Notes under the pieces: model-generated
The model's input: the letters and a program-made list of their open reading frames with translations, nothing else
Database searches by the model: none
What the model was told of the DNA's origin: nothing
In this document: positions 10,345 through 21,370 of the stretch, one piece after another
Layout of the letters: the number at the start of each line of letters is the position of its first letter
How positions within the stretch are numbered: the first letter of the stretch is position 1
Assembly (NCBI GenBank): GCA_900547105.1
Contig: URFL01000003.1
Span: forward strand, 1 to 64,000
DNA length: 64,000 bases
Source of the DNA: an uncultured Oscillospiraceae bacterium
Lineage (GTDB): Bacteria; Bacillota; Clostridia; Oscillospirales; Acutalibacteraceae
Direction: 5' to 3'
Position numbers and translations under genes: made by a program

Positions 10345-11925
10345 ATGTATCCTTATGATAACGATGACCGTTTCGGCACCGGCAACCAGACACCGCCCGA
10401 AACCACTCCGCAGACCCCCACACCCGACGATACGCCGGATGTGACGAGCGACAACATTCCGACCCCGCTGTACGGTGACGACAGCGGCTGGCAGATGCCG
10501 ACGGACAACGGCTTTTCGCAGCCCGCCGCGCCGGAACAGCCGGCGGCTCCCGAACAACCCGCGGCGCCCACCCAACCGGACATTCCCTCCTATCCGTCCA
10601 CCTCGTATCATTATACGACCGGACACATCTATGATCCGTACGGTTGGCAGCAAACCACACCGCCTATGCCGCAAAGCGAACCACCCAGAAAGAAAAAAAA
10701 GAAAAACGGCGCGTCCATCGCGTTGGCGGTACTGGCGGTTGTGTGCGCCGGTACCATCACGGCGTTGTCCATCACGCTGGGCATGGCGCTGAACGAGGAA
10801 AACACCACCCCGAGCAGCTCGAGCGTGTCCGGCACCTCTGCCAGCGGTACCGCCAGCAACGGCGACGCCCCCACGGTGGAGATCAGCGAAGAAAGCAAGG
10901 ATGCGCTGACCACCCAGCAGATCATCCAGAAAAACCTGAACTGCACCGTGGTCATCTCCACCTATGAGCAGACCACCTCGTACAATCCGTTCCAGTCGGG
11001 CGGCTCGCAGCAGGGTGGCAATTCCGGCAACTCCGGCAATTACAGCTCCGGCAGCGACGACAGTGGCTTGACCCAAGCGAGCAGCGCCACCGGCATTGTG
11101 ATGACCAAGGACGGCTATATCATCACCAACCGCCACTGCGTCATCAACGAACAGACCAACATCCAGTACGCGCAGGTGGATGTCAAAACCTATGACGGCA
11201 AAACCTATAAAAAGGCTACCGTTGTCGGCGTGGACAAAGACACCGACCTCGCTATCATCAAAGTGGATGCAACCGATCTGACCCCCGCCGAATTCGGCGA
11301 TTCCTCCAAGCTGTCGCTGGGCGACAAGGTGGTGGCGCTGGGCAACTCCGGCGGACTGGAATGGACCCCCACCCAAGGCATTATCTCCGGTTTGGCGCGG
11401 GATGTGTACGATGACACCGGCTATTCCATCAAATGCCTGCAAACCGATGCCGCTATCAACCCCGGCAACTCGGGCGGTCCGCTGATCAACTCGGCGGGAC
11501 AGGTGATCGGCATTAACTCGGCGAAGATCGTGGCGAGCGGCTACGAAAGCCTCGGCTTCTCGATTCCGATCAACGAAGCCAAGGATATTCTGGACAGTTT
11601 GGTTGCCAACGGCTATGTGAAAGGCCGCGTGTCGCTGGGTATCACCGGCAGCACCTACACCTCCACCAACAGCAACTACAACGGCTTCCAGATCCAGTCC
11701 ATCAACAACGATTCTTCGCTGGCGAGCACCGAGGCGCAGGCGGGCGACATCATCACCCATGTGGACAATGTGCGCGTGAACGATTATGCGAGCCTGCGGA
11801 CTCAGCTGTCGGCGCATAAGGTGGGCGACAAAGTGTCGCTGACGCTGCTGCATGTGGACACCCGCAACCGCGAGGTCAAAACCATCACCGTGACCTGCAC
11901 GCTGCAGGAAAGCACTGGCGGTTGA
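10345..11925 (+). CDS. HtrA/DegP-like trypsin family (S1C) serine protease with PDZ domain and a proline-rich N-terminal region
   Basis: Catalytic triad context (…TNRHCV…DLAIIKV…GNSGGPLINSAGQVIGINSAKI…). C-terminal PDZ-like region. N-terminal 130 aa of low complexity (PAAPEQPAAPEQPAAPTQP). Confidence 0.9.
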   Translation: MYPYDNDDRFGTGNQTPPETTPQTPTPDDTPDVTSDNIPTPLYGDDSGWQMPTDNGFSQPAAPEQPAAPEQPAAPTQPDIPSYPSTSYHYTTGHIYDPYGWQQTTPPMPQSEPPRKKKKKNGASIALAVLAVVCAGTITALSITLGMALNEENTTPSSSSVSGTSASGTASNGDAPTVEISEESKDALTTQQIIQKNLNCTVVISTYEQTTSYNPFQSGGSQQGGNSGNSGNYSSGSDDSGLTQASSATGIVMTKDGYIITNRHCVINEQTNIQYAQVDVKTYDGKTYKKATVVGVDKDTDLAIIKVDATDLTPAEFGDSSKLSLGDKVVALGNSGGLEWTPTQGIISGLARDVYDDTGYSIKCLQTDAAINPGNSGGPLINSAGQVIGINSAKIVASGYESLGFSIPINEAKDILDSLVANGYVKGRVSLGITGSTYTSTNSNYNGFQIQSINNDSSLASTEAQAGDIITHVDNVRVNDYASLRTQLSAHKVGDKVSLTLLHVDTRNREVKTITVTCTLQESTGG

Positions 11926-11945
11926 TCCTCCGTTTCTGATATTTG

Positions 11946-11988
11946 GTCCGAAGGGGCTATCCCGGTGGGATAGCCCCTTCGGACTTTC
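11946..11988. terminator. bidirectional terminator (perfect 18-bp palindrome)
   Basis: GTCCGAAGGGGCTATCCC-gg-TGGGATAGCCCCTTCGGAC followed by tttctt. Confidence 0.8.
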
Positions 11989-12003
11989 TTCATCTGTCGG
12001 GCA

Positions 12004-12042
12004 CAAAAAACAGGCGGCTGCAAAACGCAGTCGCCTGTTTTC
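12004..12042 (-). terminator. rho-independent terminator downstream of gatB
   Basis: aaaaaacaggcg…cgcctgtttt. Confidence 0.7.
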
Positions 12043-12053
12043 TATACGTTGAT

Positions 12054-13466
12054 TTAGCCGATGATCTCCAAAATCATCTGCTCGGCGGTTTTGGCGTCGG
12101 CGGAACCGCGGGTGGCTTTCATCACACCGCCCACCAGCGCTTTCAGCGCTTTTTCCTTGCCGCCGCGATAGTCCGCGACCGCATTCGGGTTGCCCGCCAC
12201 GACCTCTTCGCAGATCGCTTTCAGTGCGGAATCGTCTACGCCCGCCATATCCTCTTCGCTCAGCAGCTCGCTGACGCGTTTGCCGGTATCCATCATCTTT
12301 TCCAGCGTGGATTTGGCAAGATTCATCTTCAGCTTGCCGCTATCCAGCAGCGCCACCAGCTCGTTGAGGTGTGCCGCCGGCAGCGGCACATTCCCGGTTT
12401 CCTTGTCCGCTTCGGTTTCGATACGGCGGAAAATCTGGCCGATGATGAAGTTGGATACTGTGCGGGGCGACACGCCTTGCGCCGCCTCGTCGAAATATTC
12501 CGCGATCTTGCGGTATTTCACCAGCATCTGCGCATCCTTTTCGGGGATGCCCCACTCGCCGGTGTACCGTGCCATACGCGCATCCGGCAGCTCGGGCAGC
12601 TCGGCGCGCAGCGCCTCGATCTCCTCGTCCGAAGTAGCGATGGTCACCAGATCGGGGTCCTGGAAATAGCGATAATCGTGCGCGTCCTCTTTGGTGCGCA
12701 TGCTTTCGGTCATACCGGATTCCTCGTCATACCGGCGGGTTTCCTGCACCACCGCTTCGCCGCTTTCGATCAGATCGATCTGACGGTCAAATTCGTACGC
12801 CACCGCTTGGGCGATATGAGCGAACGAGTTCATGTTTTTGATCTCGGTGCGGGTGCCGAACTTGTCGGAGCCGACCGGCCGCACCGAAATGTTGACATCG
12901 CTGCGCATGGAACCTTCCTGCATCCGGCAATCCGACACCCCAATGGTGCGCATCAACAGCTGCAGTTTTTCCATGTACTCGCGAATTTCGTCCACGCTGC
13001 GGAAATCCGGCTCGGACACGATCTCGATCAGCGGCACGCCGCCGCGGTTGTAGTCCACAAAGGTGTCGCCGTGGCTGTGCACCAGCTTGCCCGCATCCTC
13101 TTCGATATGGATGTGATTCAGCCGGATGCGGCGGCCGGAAGACAGCTCCACATAGCCTTCCACACACAGCGGGTGGTACAGCTCGGAGATCTGATACGCC
13201 TTCGCCAGATCGGGATACACATAGTTTTTGCGATCCATCTTGGCGATATGGCTGATGCGGCAGTTGGTGACCAACCCCGCTTTGATGGCATAACGCACCA
13301 CCTCATGATTCAGCTTGGGCAGTGTGCCGGGCAAGCCGATGCAGATGGGGCAGCAGTTGGTGTTGGGTTCGCCGCCGAATTTGGTGGTGCAGCCGCAGAA
13401 AATCTTGGTTTTGGTGGACAGCTCGATATGGGTTTCCAAACCGGCAACCAGTTCGTACTCTCTCAC
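12054..13466 (-). CDS. gatB: Asp-tRNA(Asn)/Glu-tRNA(Gln) amidotransferase subunit B
   Basis: [50 protein letters not shown] is the GatB N-terminus. Confidence 0.97.
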   Translation of the reverse strand: MREYELVAGLETHIELSTKTKIFCGCTTKFGGEPNTNCCPICIGLPGTLPKLNHEVVRYAIKAGLVTNCRISHIAKMDRKNYVYPDLAKAYQISELYHPLCVEGYVELSSGRRIRLNHIHIEEDAGKLVHSHGDTFVDYNRGGVPLIEIVSEPDFRSVDEIREYMEKLQLLMRTIGVSDCRMQEGSMRSDVNISVRPVGSDKFGTRTEIKNMNSFAHIAQAVAYEFDRQIDLIESGEAVVQETRRYDEESGMTESMRTKEDAHDYRYFQDPDLVTIATSDEEIEALRAELPELPDARMARYTGEWGIPEKDAQMLVKYRKIAEYFDEAAQGVSPRTVSNFIIGQIFRRIETEADKETGNVPLPAAHLNELVALLDSGKLKMNLAKSTLEKMMDTGKRVSELLSEEDMAGVDDSALKAICEEVVAGNPNAVADYRGGKEKALKALVGGVMKATRGSADAKTAEQMILEIIG

Positions 13467-14935
13467 AGCGACACACCTCCTTCCACCGGGCGGAGGTTCG
13501 CCGCGCCGGACTGTTCATACTGATAAGCGGCATTCAAAATGGTTGCCTCGCTGAAACGGGGACCGATCAGCTGCATACCGATGGGCAAGCCCTGCTCGTC
13601 CGCGCCGCAGGGCAGCGACACGGCGGGCAGCCCCGCAATGTTCACCGGCACCGTGCAGATGTCGGTTTGATAGGTTTGGATCGGGTCCTGCGTCGACTGC
13701 CCCTCGGGGAACGCCGTCATCGGCACGGTGGGAGCCAAAATCACATCGCAGCTTTCAAACGCCTTATCAAACGCGCGCACGATCACGCCGCGCAGATTCT
13801 GCGCCTTTTTATAGTACGCGTCGTAGTAGCCGGAGCTGAGCACATAGGTTCCCAGCAGGATACGGCGCTGCACCTCTTTGCCAAAGCCCTCGCTGCGGGT
13901 TTTGCAGATCATATCGTGGATGCTGTCGTAATGCGCCGCCTGATAGCCGTAGCGGATACCGTCGTACCGTCCCAGATTGGAGGAAGCCTCCGCGCACGCC
14001 AGAATGTAATACACCGGCAGCGCATAGCTCAGCGACGGCAGCGCAAACTCAACGATTTCGGCGCCCATCGCGCGGTAATTTTCGATTGCTTTTTCCAGCG
14101 CCGCTTTCACGGACGGGGTCAACCCCTCCATATACTCACGCGCCACGCCGATCTTCAACCCGCGAATGTCCTGCCCCAGCGCGTCCGCCGTGGGAGCGCC
14201 CTTGTGACCGGTGGAGGTCGAATCCATCGGGTCATAGGCGGAAATCGCATCGTATACCAGCGCCGCGTCCTCCACCGTTTCCGCCAGCGGACCGATCTGG
14301 TCAAAGCTGGACGCATACGCGATCAAGCCAAAGCGGGAAACCGCGCCATAGGTGGGCTTGAGCCCCACAATACCGCAAAAGCTGGCGGGCTGGCGGATAG
14401 AACCGCCGGTGTCCGACCCCAGCGCAAACGCCGCCAGATGGCCGCCCACCGCCGAAGCGCCGCCGCCCGAGCTGCCGCCCGAAACGTGCGCGTGGTTGTG
14501 CGGGTTGCGCGCCCCACCGTAGCAGGAGGTTTCACAGGACGAGCCCATGGCGAATTCGTCCATATTGGTTTTGCCCAGCAGCACACTGCCCTGCGCTTTC
14601 AGCGTTTTCCACACCGTCGCATCGTAGATGGGGGTGTAGCCCTCCAGAATACGGGAGCAGCAGGTGGTGAGCAGTCCGTTGGTGGAAATATTGTCTTTCA
14701 GCGTCATCGGCACGCCCTCCAACAGGGAGAGCTGCTCTCCGCGGGCGCGCTTTTCGTCCACCCGGCGAGCCGCCGCCAGCGCCTCGTCCGCGGTGATGTG
14801 GACATACGCGTTGAGCGTGGCGTTATCCCGCGCGATCGCGTCCAGATACGCCGTGGTCAGCTCCACACAAGAGAGCTGTCCGGCGGTCAGCTTGTCATGG
14901 ATCGACCGGATCCGGCTGGTACTCATTGTGCACAC
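13463..14935 (-). CDS. gatA: Asp-tRNA(Asn)/Glu-tRNA(Gln) amidotransferase subunit A (amidase family)
   Basis: Amidase signature (…[13 protein letters not shown]…). Overlaps gatB by 4 nt. Confidence 0.97.
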   Translation of the reverse strand: MCTMSTSRIRSIHDKLTAGQLSCVELTTAYLDAIARDNATLNAYVHITADEALAAARRVDEKRARGEQLSLLEGVPMTLKDNISTNGLLTTCCSRILEGYTPIYDATVWKTLKAQGSVLLGKTNMDEFAMGSSCETSCYGGARNPHNHAHVSGGSSGGGASAVGGHLAAFALGSDTGGSIRQPASFCGIVGLKPTYGAVSRFGLIAYASSFDQIGPLAETVEDAALVYDAISAYDPMDSTSTGHKGAPTADALGQDIRGLKIGVAREYMEGLTPSVKAALEKAIENYRAMGAEIVEFALPSLSYALPVYYILACAEASSNLGRYDGIRYGYQAAHYDSIHDMICKTRSEGFGKEVQRRILLGTYVLSSGYYDAYYKKAQNLRGVIVRAFDKAFESCDVILAPTVPMTAFPEGQSTQDPIQTYQTDICTVPVNIAGLPAVSLPCGADEQGLPIGMQLIGPRFSEATILNAAYQYEQSGAANLRPVEGGVSL

Positions 14936-14939
14936 ATCC

Positions 14940-15221
14940 TTACTTTCTCTTCTTGACCGGGAAAAAGCCGTCTTCCCCGCCGTTCACATTGCTCAGGATC
15001 GCTTCGCGCGGGTAGGAAGGAACGACCTCGTCCTCTCGAAACGCGTTTTGCAACCCGTTGATATCGTCAAATTCTTCGGTGATCTCGTCGCTGGCGTCGT
15101 TGATGGTATCGGCAAAAGCGACGATATTCGCCATTTCCTGCGTCAGCGCGTCCAGATCCTCGTCCGCTACAAACAGCTTGGAGAGCAGGGCGATGTCCTG
15201 TACATCTTCGCGTGTGACCAT
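14940..15221 (-). CDS. gatC: Asp-tRNA(Asn)/Glu-tRNA(Gln) amidotransferase subunit C
   Basis: 93-aa acidic protein immediately upstream of gatA (…[25 protein letters not shown]…). Confidence 0.9.
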   Translation of the reverse strand: MVTREDVQDIALLSKLFVADEDLDALTQEMANIVAFADTINDASDEITEEFDDINGLQNAFREDEVVPSYPREAILSNVNGGEDGFFPVKKRK

Positions 15222-15233
15222 GCCGGATTCCTC

Positions 15234-16991
15234 CTATCGAATCTTGATATGCACTTCGCGCAGCTGCTGCTCGGTGACCGGGCAGGGCGACCCCACCAGC
15301 AGGTCCTGGGCGTTGCTGTTCATCGGGAAAGCGATGACTTCGCGAATGTTGTCCTCGTCGGTCAGCAGCATCAACATACGGTCGATGCCGGGCGCCATGC
15401 CCGCGTGGGGCGGAGCGCCGTATTTGAAGGCGTTATACAGCGAGGAGAATTTGGTTTGCAGATCCTCTTCGGTGTAGCCCGCGATGGCAAACGCTTTGAC
15501 CATGGTGTCCAGATCGTGGTTGCGCACCGCGCCGGAGGACAGCTCCACGCCGTTGCACACGATGTCATACTGGTACGCCAGAATATCCAGCGGATCTTTG
15601 GTGTTCAGCGCTTCCAACCCGCCCTGCGGCATCGAGAAGGGGTTGTGGGTGAAGATGGTGGCGCCGGTTTCCTCGTCCTGATCGTACATCGGGAAATCCA
15701 CCACAAAGCACAGCTCAAACGAATCGTTTTTGATCAGCCCCAGCCGGTTGGCGACTTCGGTGCGGATCTGACCCGCCAGTTTGGGGGCAAGCTCCTTGCT
15801 GTCCGCGATGAAGTACAGCACACAGCCGGGCTGCAGACCCGCGCGGCGGATCAGCTCCTGCCGCTGGTCGTCCGACAGGAATTTGTCGATCGGCCCGAGG
15901 AAAGTCATCTCGTCGGTGACCTTGACATAGCCGAGACCTTTCATACCGATGCCGGTGGCGAATTTCAGCATATTTTCAAAGAAGCTCTTGGATTGCGACG
16001 CGCAGCCCGGCACATTGATGGCGCGCACCGTTTTGCCGCGGAAGGGGGCAAAATCGGTTTCCACAAACATATCGCTGATGTCGATGATCTCCAGCGGGTT
16101 GCGCAGATCGGGCTTGTCGGTACCGTATTTCAGCATGCATTCGCTGTACGGAATTTTGCGGAACGGCGCGGGCGACACCTTTTTGTTCGAGAATTTGCTG
16201 AAGGTTTCGTACAGCACCTCTTCCGCCACGGCGAACACATCCTCCTGGGTGGCGAACGCCATTTCAAAGTCCAACTGATAAAACTCGCCGGGCGAACGGT
16301 CGGCGCGCGCATCCTCGTCCCGGAAGCAGGGCGCGACCTGGAAATATTTATCGAAGCCGGATACCATCAGCAGCTGTTTGAAGATCTGCGGTGCCTGCGG
16401 CAGCGCATAGAACATCCCGTGGTGCTTGCGGCTGGGAATCAGATAGTCGCGCGCGCCTTCGGGCGACGACGCAGACAAAATGGGGGTTTGCATCTCCAAA
16501 AAGCCCATTTCGGTCATCTTCTGGCGCAAAAACGAGATCACCTGCGAGCGCAGCACGATGTTTTGGTGCACCTTTTTGTTGCGCAGATCCAAAAAGCGGT
16601 ATTTCAGCCGCACATCCTCTTTCACTTCGGGCGAGGTGGCTACCTCAAACGGCAGGTTACTGGGGCATTTGCCCAGCACCGTCAGCGAGCTGGCTTTGAT
16701 CTCCACCGTGCCGGTCGCGATCTTGTCGTTGTAGGTATCGGCGCTGCGCTTGACAACGGTACCGGTGATGGACACGGCACACTCGCGGTTGACATCCTGC
16801 AGCATCTGCTCGTCGTACACCACGACCTGCACCACGCCGTAGTGGTCACGCAGATCCACAAACAGCACGCCGCCGTGGTCACGGATATTTTCCACCCAGC
16901 CGGCGACCCGCACCTGCTGGTCCAGCAGCGCGTCACCGATCTCGGTGCAGATATGAGTGCGATACGGATTTTCTGTCATATAGTTCAACAA
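15234..16991 (-). CDS. aspS: aspartate--tRNA ligase (probably non-discriminating, given the gatCAB linkage)
   Basis: Class II aaRS motifs (…[21 protein letters not shown]…GLDRMLMLL…). Length 585 aa. Confidence 0.96.
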   Translation of the reverse strand: MLNYMTENPYRTHICTEIGDALLDQQVRVAGWVENIRDHGGVLFVDLRDHYGVVQVVVYDEQMLQDVNRECAVSITGTVVKRSADTYNDKIATGTVEIKASSLTVLGKCPSNLPFEVATSPEVKEDVRLKYRFLDLRNKKVHQNIVLRSQVISFLRQKMTEMGFLEMQTPILSASSPEGARDYLIPSRKHHGMFYALPQAPQIFKQLLMVSGFDKYFQVAPCFRDEDARADRSPGEFYQLDFEMAFATQEDVFAVAEEVLYETFSKFSNKKVSPAPFRKIPYSECMLKYGTDKPDLRNPLEIIDISDMFVETDFAPFRGKTVRAINVPGCASQSKSFFENMLKFATGIGMKGLGYVKVTDEMTFLGPIDKFLSDDQRQELIRRAGLQPGCVLYFIADSKELAPKLAGQIRTEVANRLGLIKNDSFELCFVVDFPMYDQDEETGATIFTHNPFSMPQGGLEALNTKDPLDILAYQYDIVCNGVELSSGAVRNHDLDTMVKAFAIAGYTEEDLQTKFSSLYNAFKYGAPPHAGMAPGIDRMLMLLTDEDNIREVIAFPMNSNAQDLLVGSPCPVTEQQLREVHIKIR

Positions 16992-17073
16992 CCTTTCGGC
17001 TTTTTAAATAAGCATATAATCAAGAGTAAAGTATACCATATGTTTCCTTTGTTTTCAACTTTTTTTCTTGCGT

Positions 17074-17102
17074 TGCAATTCCCCCCAAAAGATGGTATAC
17101 TA
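17074..17102 (+). promoter_or_regulatory. sigma-A promoter for icd
   Basis: TTGCAA-17 nt-TATACT, with an extended -10 (TGGTATACT). Confidence 0.6.
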
Positions 17103-17132
17103 TTGGCATTATCGCCGATTGGAGGAATAGTT

Positions 17133-18344
17133 ATGCAAAAGATTCAGATGAAGACCCCGCTGGTGGAGATGGACGGCGACGAAATGACCCGGATCATCTG
17201 GCAGGCCATCAAAGATAAGCTGCTGCTTCCGTTTGTCGATCTGAAATGCGAGTACTACGATCTGGGGCTGCCCCATCGTGACGAGACCGACGACCAGGTA
17301 ACGGTGGATGCGGCGAACGCGATCAAAAAATACGGTGTGGGCGTGAAATGCGCCACCATCACCCCCAACGCCCAGCGGGTGGAGGAATATAAGCTGAAAC
17401 AAATGTGGAAAAGCCCCAACGGCACCATCCGCGCCATGCTGGACGGCACCGTGTTCCGTGCGCCGGTGCTGGTAAAGGGTGTGCAGCCCAGCGTTTCCAC
17501 TTGGAAAAAGCCGATCACCATTGCGCGTCACGCGTACGGCGATATCTACAAAAACACCGAAATGAAAGCGCCCGCCGGCAGCAAAGCCGAGCTGGTGGTG
17601 ACCGATAAGGACGGCAACGAAAGCCGCCAGCTGATCCACAACTTTGCCGGCGACGGCATTGTGATGGGGATGCACAACACCGATGCGTCCATCCGCAGCT
17701 TTGCGCACGCCTGCTTCCAGTATGCGCTGTCGGTGAAACAGGATATGTGGTTCTCCACCAAGGACACCATTTCCAAAACCTACGACCACCGGTTTAAGGA
17801 TATCTTCGCCGAAATTTACGAGGCGGACTACAAAGAGGCGTTTGAAAAAGCGGGCATCGAATATTTCTACACCCTGATCGACGACGCGGTGGCGCGGGTC
17901 ATCCGCTCGCAGGGCGGCTTTATCTGGTGCTGCAAAAACTACGACGGCGATGTGATGAGCGATATGGTCGCGACCGCGTTTGGTTCGCTGGCGATGATGA
18001 CCAGCGTGCTGGTGTCGCCGGACGGCAACTACGAATACGAAGCGGCGCACGGCACCGTGACCCGCCACTATTATCGCCATCTGAAGGGCGAAGAAACCTC
18101 CACCAACTCGGTGGCAACCATCTTCGCCTGGTCGGGGGCGCTGCGCAAACGCGCCGAAATGGACGAGCTGCCCGAACTGGCGCATTTTGCCGATGTGCTG
18201 GAGCAGGCGACCATCGCCACCATCGAGGGCGGTATCATGACCAAAGACCTGGTCGCGCTGTCCACGCTGGAAAACAAACAGGCGGTCAACACCATGGGCT
18301 TCCTGGATGCCATTGCCGAGCGCATGACCAAAGAGCTGGCGTAA
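17133..18344 (+). CDS. icd: NADP-dependent isocitrate dehydrogenase, eukaryotic-like subfamily II
   Basis: [38 protein letters not shown]…[26 protein letters not shown]… matches cytosolic/mitochondrial-type IDH. RBS ggagg. Confidence 0.93.
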   Translation: MQKIQMKTPLVEMDGDEMTRIIWQAIKDKLLLPFVDLKCEYYDLGLPHRDETDDQVTVDAANAIKKYGVGVKCATITPNAQRVEEYKLKQMWKSPNGTIRAMLDGTVFRAPVLVKGVQPSVSTWKKPITIARHAYGDIYKNTEMKAPAGSKAELVVTDKDGNESRQLIHNFAGDGIVMGMHNTDASIRSFAHACFQYALSVKQDMWFSTKDTISKTYDHRFKDIFAEIYEADYKEAFEKAGIEYFYTLIDDAVARVIRSQGGFIWCCKNYDGDVMSDMVATAFGSLAMMTSVLVSPDGNYEYEAAHGTVTRHYYRHLKGEETSTNSVATIFAWSGALRKRAEMDELPELAHFADVLEQATIATIEGGIMTKDLVALSTLENKQAVNTMGFLDAIAERMTKELA

Positions 18345-18373
18345 TCGCACCGGCAAATAAACCTACACATAAC

Positions 18374-18416
18374 ACGAGCCCCGGAAAGCGGTCGCTTTCC
18401 GGGGCTCGTGTTTTTC
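18374..18416 (+). terminator. rho-independent terminator of icd
   Basis: cacgagccccggaaagcg…cgctttccggggctcgtg followed by ttttt. Confidence 0.85.
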
Positions 18417-18429
18417 GATACGCTTATCT

Positions 18430-21318
18430 TTATGCCTGCACTGCGGCGGCGACAGCATCTTTGTTCCCGATGGCGCAGAATTTGCCGTTTTGGGCAAACG
18501 TGCGCAGCAGCTCCACCTGCCGGCGCAAGTCCTCGGCGGTGGTGCCGAGAATTTCGCGGCGGATGCGGGCGATATCCTGCGGGGTGGTTCCTTTGAGATA
18601 CCGGACACACTGCAGGTCGCACACGCCCGCCGGGTCCAGCAGCGGGTCGGTGGTGTTGACGGTGCCGATGATGATATCATCCAGCGGGATATCCTGTCCG
18701 GCAAAATCCGCCAGGAAATCCGCCATGCTGCCAAATGCAGCTTTGGCATTGGTCAAATGCGGATCGCGATAGGAATAGCAGTAGATATCGCCGTTCGCCC
18801 GCACATTCATGCCGGTGCCGTATGCGCCACCCTGCACCCGCACCATATTCCACAGATAGCCAAAGGTCATCAGCGATGCCATCACCGAGCACGCACCGGA
18901 GAACGTCCCGCCCAGAGCGTTTACATTATGCCCCAGCGCGGAGAACCCGACATCGGCGGGAATTTCCACCCCGCAGGCATCCTTGTCATAGGTGGGATAG
19001 GTGGCGACGACGCCCATCTCGTTTTGCGGCAGCGATGCCAGCAGCTGCCCGATCGCCTCGGCGGGCAGCGACCCGCTGTATCCGACAAACAAGCGGTTTT
19101 TCGCAAACGCTTTTGCGGTCAGCGCGCACAGCTGTTCGCTGTGGGCGGCGGCGTTGTCCATAAAGTTTTCCACAAAAGGCGAGAACCACCGGGCAAAGCT
19201 TTCACCCTCCAGCGTCTCTTTCAACGCGCCCTCGGCGGAGAATGCCGACAGCGCCTTGGTGACGGCGAAGGAATGGCCGTTGGCGATCAGCGCCTGTTTC
19301 AGGAAATAGTCGTTTTGCAGCACCGTTTCATAGATACGCTCCACCTCGTCGTAGCAGCCGTTGGTGAGGATCTCTTCTATCAGCGCCAACGCCGCCGGCA
19401 CATTTTCCTCCAGCATACTGGCGGAAACCAGCAGATACGGCTTGCAATGCTGCAAATCGCCCGCGGCGGCGGTCAGCTCCAGCTTGGCAACCAGCGAGCC
19501 CATGGTGGCTTTGATCTTGTTTTGCAGCTTGTCGGCGGAATAGTTTTGGGTGCGCAGCTCGCCGAAGCAGGTGGTCAGCACCTCCGCCATGCGCAGCTCG
19601 TCGGTGGAAAAATCCGACACATCAAAGTACAAATTCAGATACACAATGCCGTTGGTGGGGGTGACCACCTCCAGCACCTTGGTGTCGGCAATGGTGGTCA
19701 GCACGGTTTTGGTGGGTGTCACCTCCACCGGCACATCCTGCAGATCCAGATGCGGCAGGGTGCTAAGCACCTCGTCGCTGTCCATGCTCTGCTGCCACTG
19801 CTGCATCTTCATAAAATCGTCGAACGCCTGCTGCCGCCGGGCATCATCCCACGCGGCGGTGGCAGCTGCCAGTTTTTCCGCCTCTTTGCGGGCATCGTCC
19901 TGCCCTTTGGTGAGCGACGGCAGCACATACAGATAAGATTTGTCGGCAGAATCTGCCAACAGCTCGGCGAGCAGATCGGCAAAATACGAGGTGCCGATCT
20001 TTTCGCGCAGCGACGCAAACACGCTGCCGTTATCAATATGGGTCATCGGGTCGTCCCCGTACAGCCAGCCGTCGAACGCTTTCATCGCCAGCTCCACGCC
20101 GTACGGCTCGCTGATCTCCTTGCAGTTGAACGCAAAACGTTCCAACGAAGCCAGCAGCGCATCGTTGTCCAGCCCCTGCGCCAACAGCGCGCCCACCGCT
20201 TTGGGCAAAAATGCTTTGATCTCGTCAAACCGGGATGTCTCGGTGTTGCGCACGATCAGCGCCAAGCTGGGCTGATACACCAGCTCGCTCGTTTCAAGCG
20301 ACACATCCTGCGCCAGCCCCTGCTCCAAAAACGCGCGTTTCAACGGCGCTTCGTTGGAACCGGTCAGATAATCTGCCAGAATTTTGGTGGCGTAAATCTT
20401 TTCGGTTTCCTCGTGGGTCCCCAAAATTTTCGCGATCGCCATATGCGCCAGCTGTTCCTCGCCCTCGCGCGCTTCGTAGTACACCGTTTTTTCGGCAGGG
20501 GTGGGCGTTTGCATCTCAAAATCGAAATCCGGCGCGCGATATTCGTATTTCGACAGGTATTCGCCATCGATATACGCCAGCACCGCATCGATATCCATGT
20601 GCCCGTCCAGGAAGAATTTCGCGTTGGACGGATGGTAAAACCGGCGGTGGGTATCCACAAACTGCTGGTAGGTCAGATCGGGAATGCTGTCGGGGTGACC
20701 GCCGCTGATATAGCCGTAGCAGGTATCCGGGAACAGCAGCCGCCGGGTCTCCTCTTCAATGACGCTGTCCACCTCGGCGAACACGCCCTTCATCTCGCTG
20801 AACACCACGCCGTTGTAAAACGGCTCGCCATCCTCGCTGTCGAATTCGTAGTGCCAGCCCTCCTGCATAAAGATCTCCGGCTTGTCGTAGATCAGCGGGC
20901 AAAACACCGCGTCCAGATACACCGCCATCAGGTTAAAGAAGTCCTGATCGTTGCGGCTGGACACCGGAAACAGGGTTTTGTCGTTGAAGGTCATGGCATT
21001 GAGAAAGGTTTGCATCGAGCTTTGCAGCATAGATACAAACGGTTCCTTTACCGGAAATTTGCGCGAACCGTTTAGCACCGTGTGTTCCAAAATGTGGAAC
21101 ACACCGGTATCGTTTTCCGGCAGCGTTTTGAACCCGACGGAAAAGGTTTTGTTTTCGTCCGCGCGATCAAAATACAGCAGCTCGGCGCCGGTTTTTTCGT
21201 GGCGCAGGGTGTACAGATCGGCGGATTTGGACGCGATGTACTCTTTTTTGACCAGCTGAAAGCCGAAGCACACATCGCCCGACTGTGCCGCGCTTAGCGG
21301 CGATCCTTGTTGTTGCAT
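18430..21318 (-). CDS. M16-family zinc metallopeptidase (insulinase-like, about 960 aa, M16C/PreP-like architecture)
   Basis: HxxEH zinc motif (FHILEHTVLNGS) and downstream Glu (…VVFSEMKG…). Large two-lobed size. Start taken at MQQQGSP with RBS gaggatat. Confidence 0.85.
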   Translation of the reverse strand: MQQQGSPLSAAQSGDVCFGFQLVKKEYIASKSADLYTLRHEKTGAELLYFDRADENKTFSVGFKTLPENDTGVFHILEHTVLNGSRKFPVKEPFVSMLQSSMQTFLNAMTFNDKTLFPVSSRNDQDFFNLMAVYLDAVFCPLIYDKPEIFMQEGWHYEFDSEDGEPFYNGVVFSEMKGVFAEVDSVIEEETRRLLFPDTCYGYISGGHPDSIPDLTYQQFVDTHRRFYHPSNAKFFLDGHMDIDAVLAYIDGEYLSKYEYRAPDFDFEMQTPTPAEKTVYYEAREGEEQLAHMAIAKILGTHEETEKIYATKILADYLTGSNEAPLKRAFLEQGLAQDVSLETSELVYQPSLALIVRNTETSRFDEIKAFLPKAVGALLAQGLDNDALLASLERFAFNCKEISEPYGVELAMKAFDGWLYGDDPMTHIDNGSVFASLREKIGTSYFADLLAELLADSADKSYLYVLPSLTKGQDDARKEAEKLAAATAAWDDARRQQAFDDFMKMQQWQQSMDSDEVLSTLPHLDLQDVPVEVTPTKTVLTTIADTKVLEVVTPTNGIVYLNLYFDVSDFSTDELRMAEVLTTCFGELRTQNYSADKLQNKIKATMGSLVAKLELTAAAGDLQHCKPYLLVSASMLEENVPAALALIEEILTNGCYDEVERIYETVLQNDYFLKQALIANGHSFAVTKALSAFSAEGALKETLEGESFARWFSPFVENFMDNAAAHSEQLCALTAKAFAKNRLFVGYSGSLPAEAIGQLLASLPQNEMGVVATYPTYDKDACGVEIPADVGFSALGHNVNALGGTFSGACSVMASLMTFGYLWNMVRVQGGAYGTGMNVRANGDIYCYSYRDPHLTNAKAAFGSMADFLADFAGQDIPLDDIIIGTVNTTDPLLDPAGVCDLQCVRYLKGTTPQDIARIRREILGTTAEDLRRQVELLRTFAQNGKFCAIGNKDAVAAAVQA

Positions 21319-21370
21319 GATATATCCTCGCTTTAGCACCGTCGCCCGAAAACGGTCGGCGGCTGTTTTT

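Noticed and set aside
16992-17110. Possible T-box leader upstream of aspS
   Set aside because: The intergenic space to the divergent icd promoter is only about 120 bp, too short for a T-box. No specifier/antiterminator elements were seen.
14664-18344. 1226-aa + strand ORF spanning gatA/gatC/aspS antisense and then icd
   Set aside because: An artefact of high GC: it runs antisense to three well-supported minus-strand genes. Only its last 404 codons, from the ATG at 17133 with an RBS, are the real icd gene.
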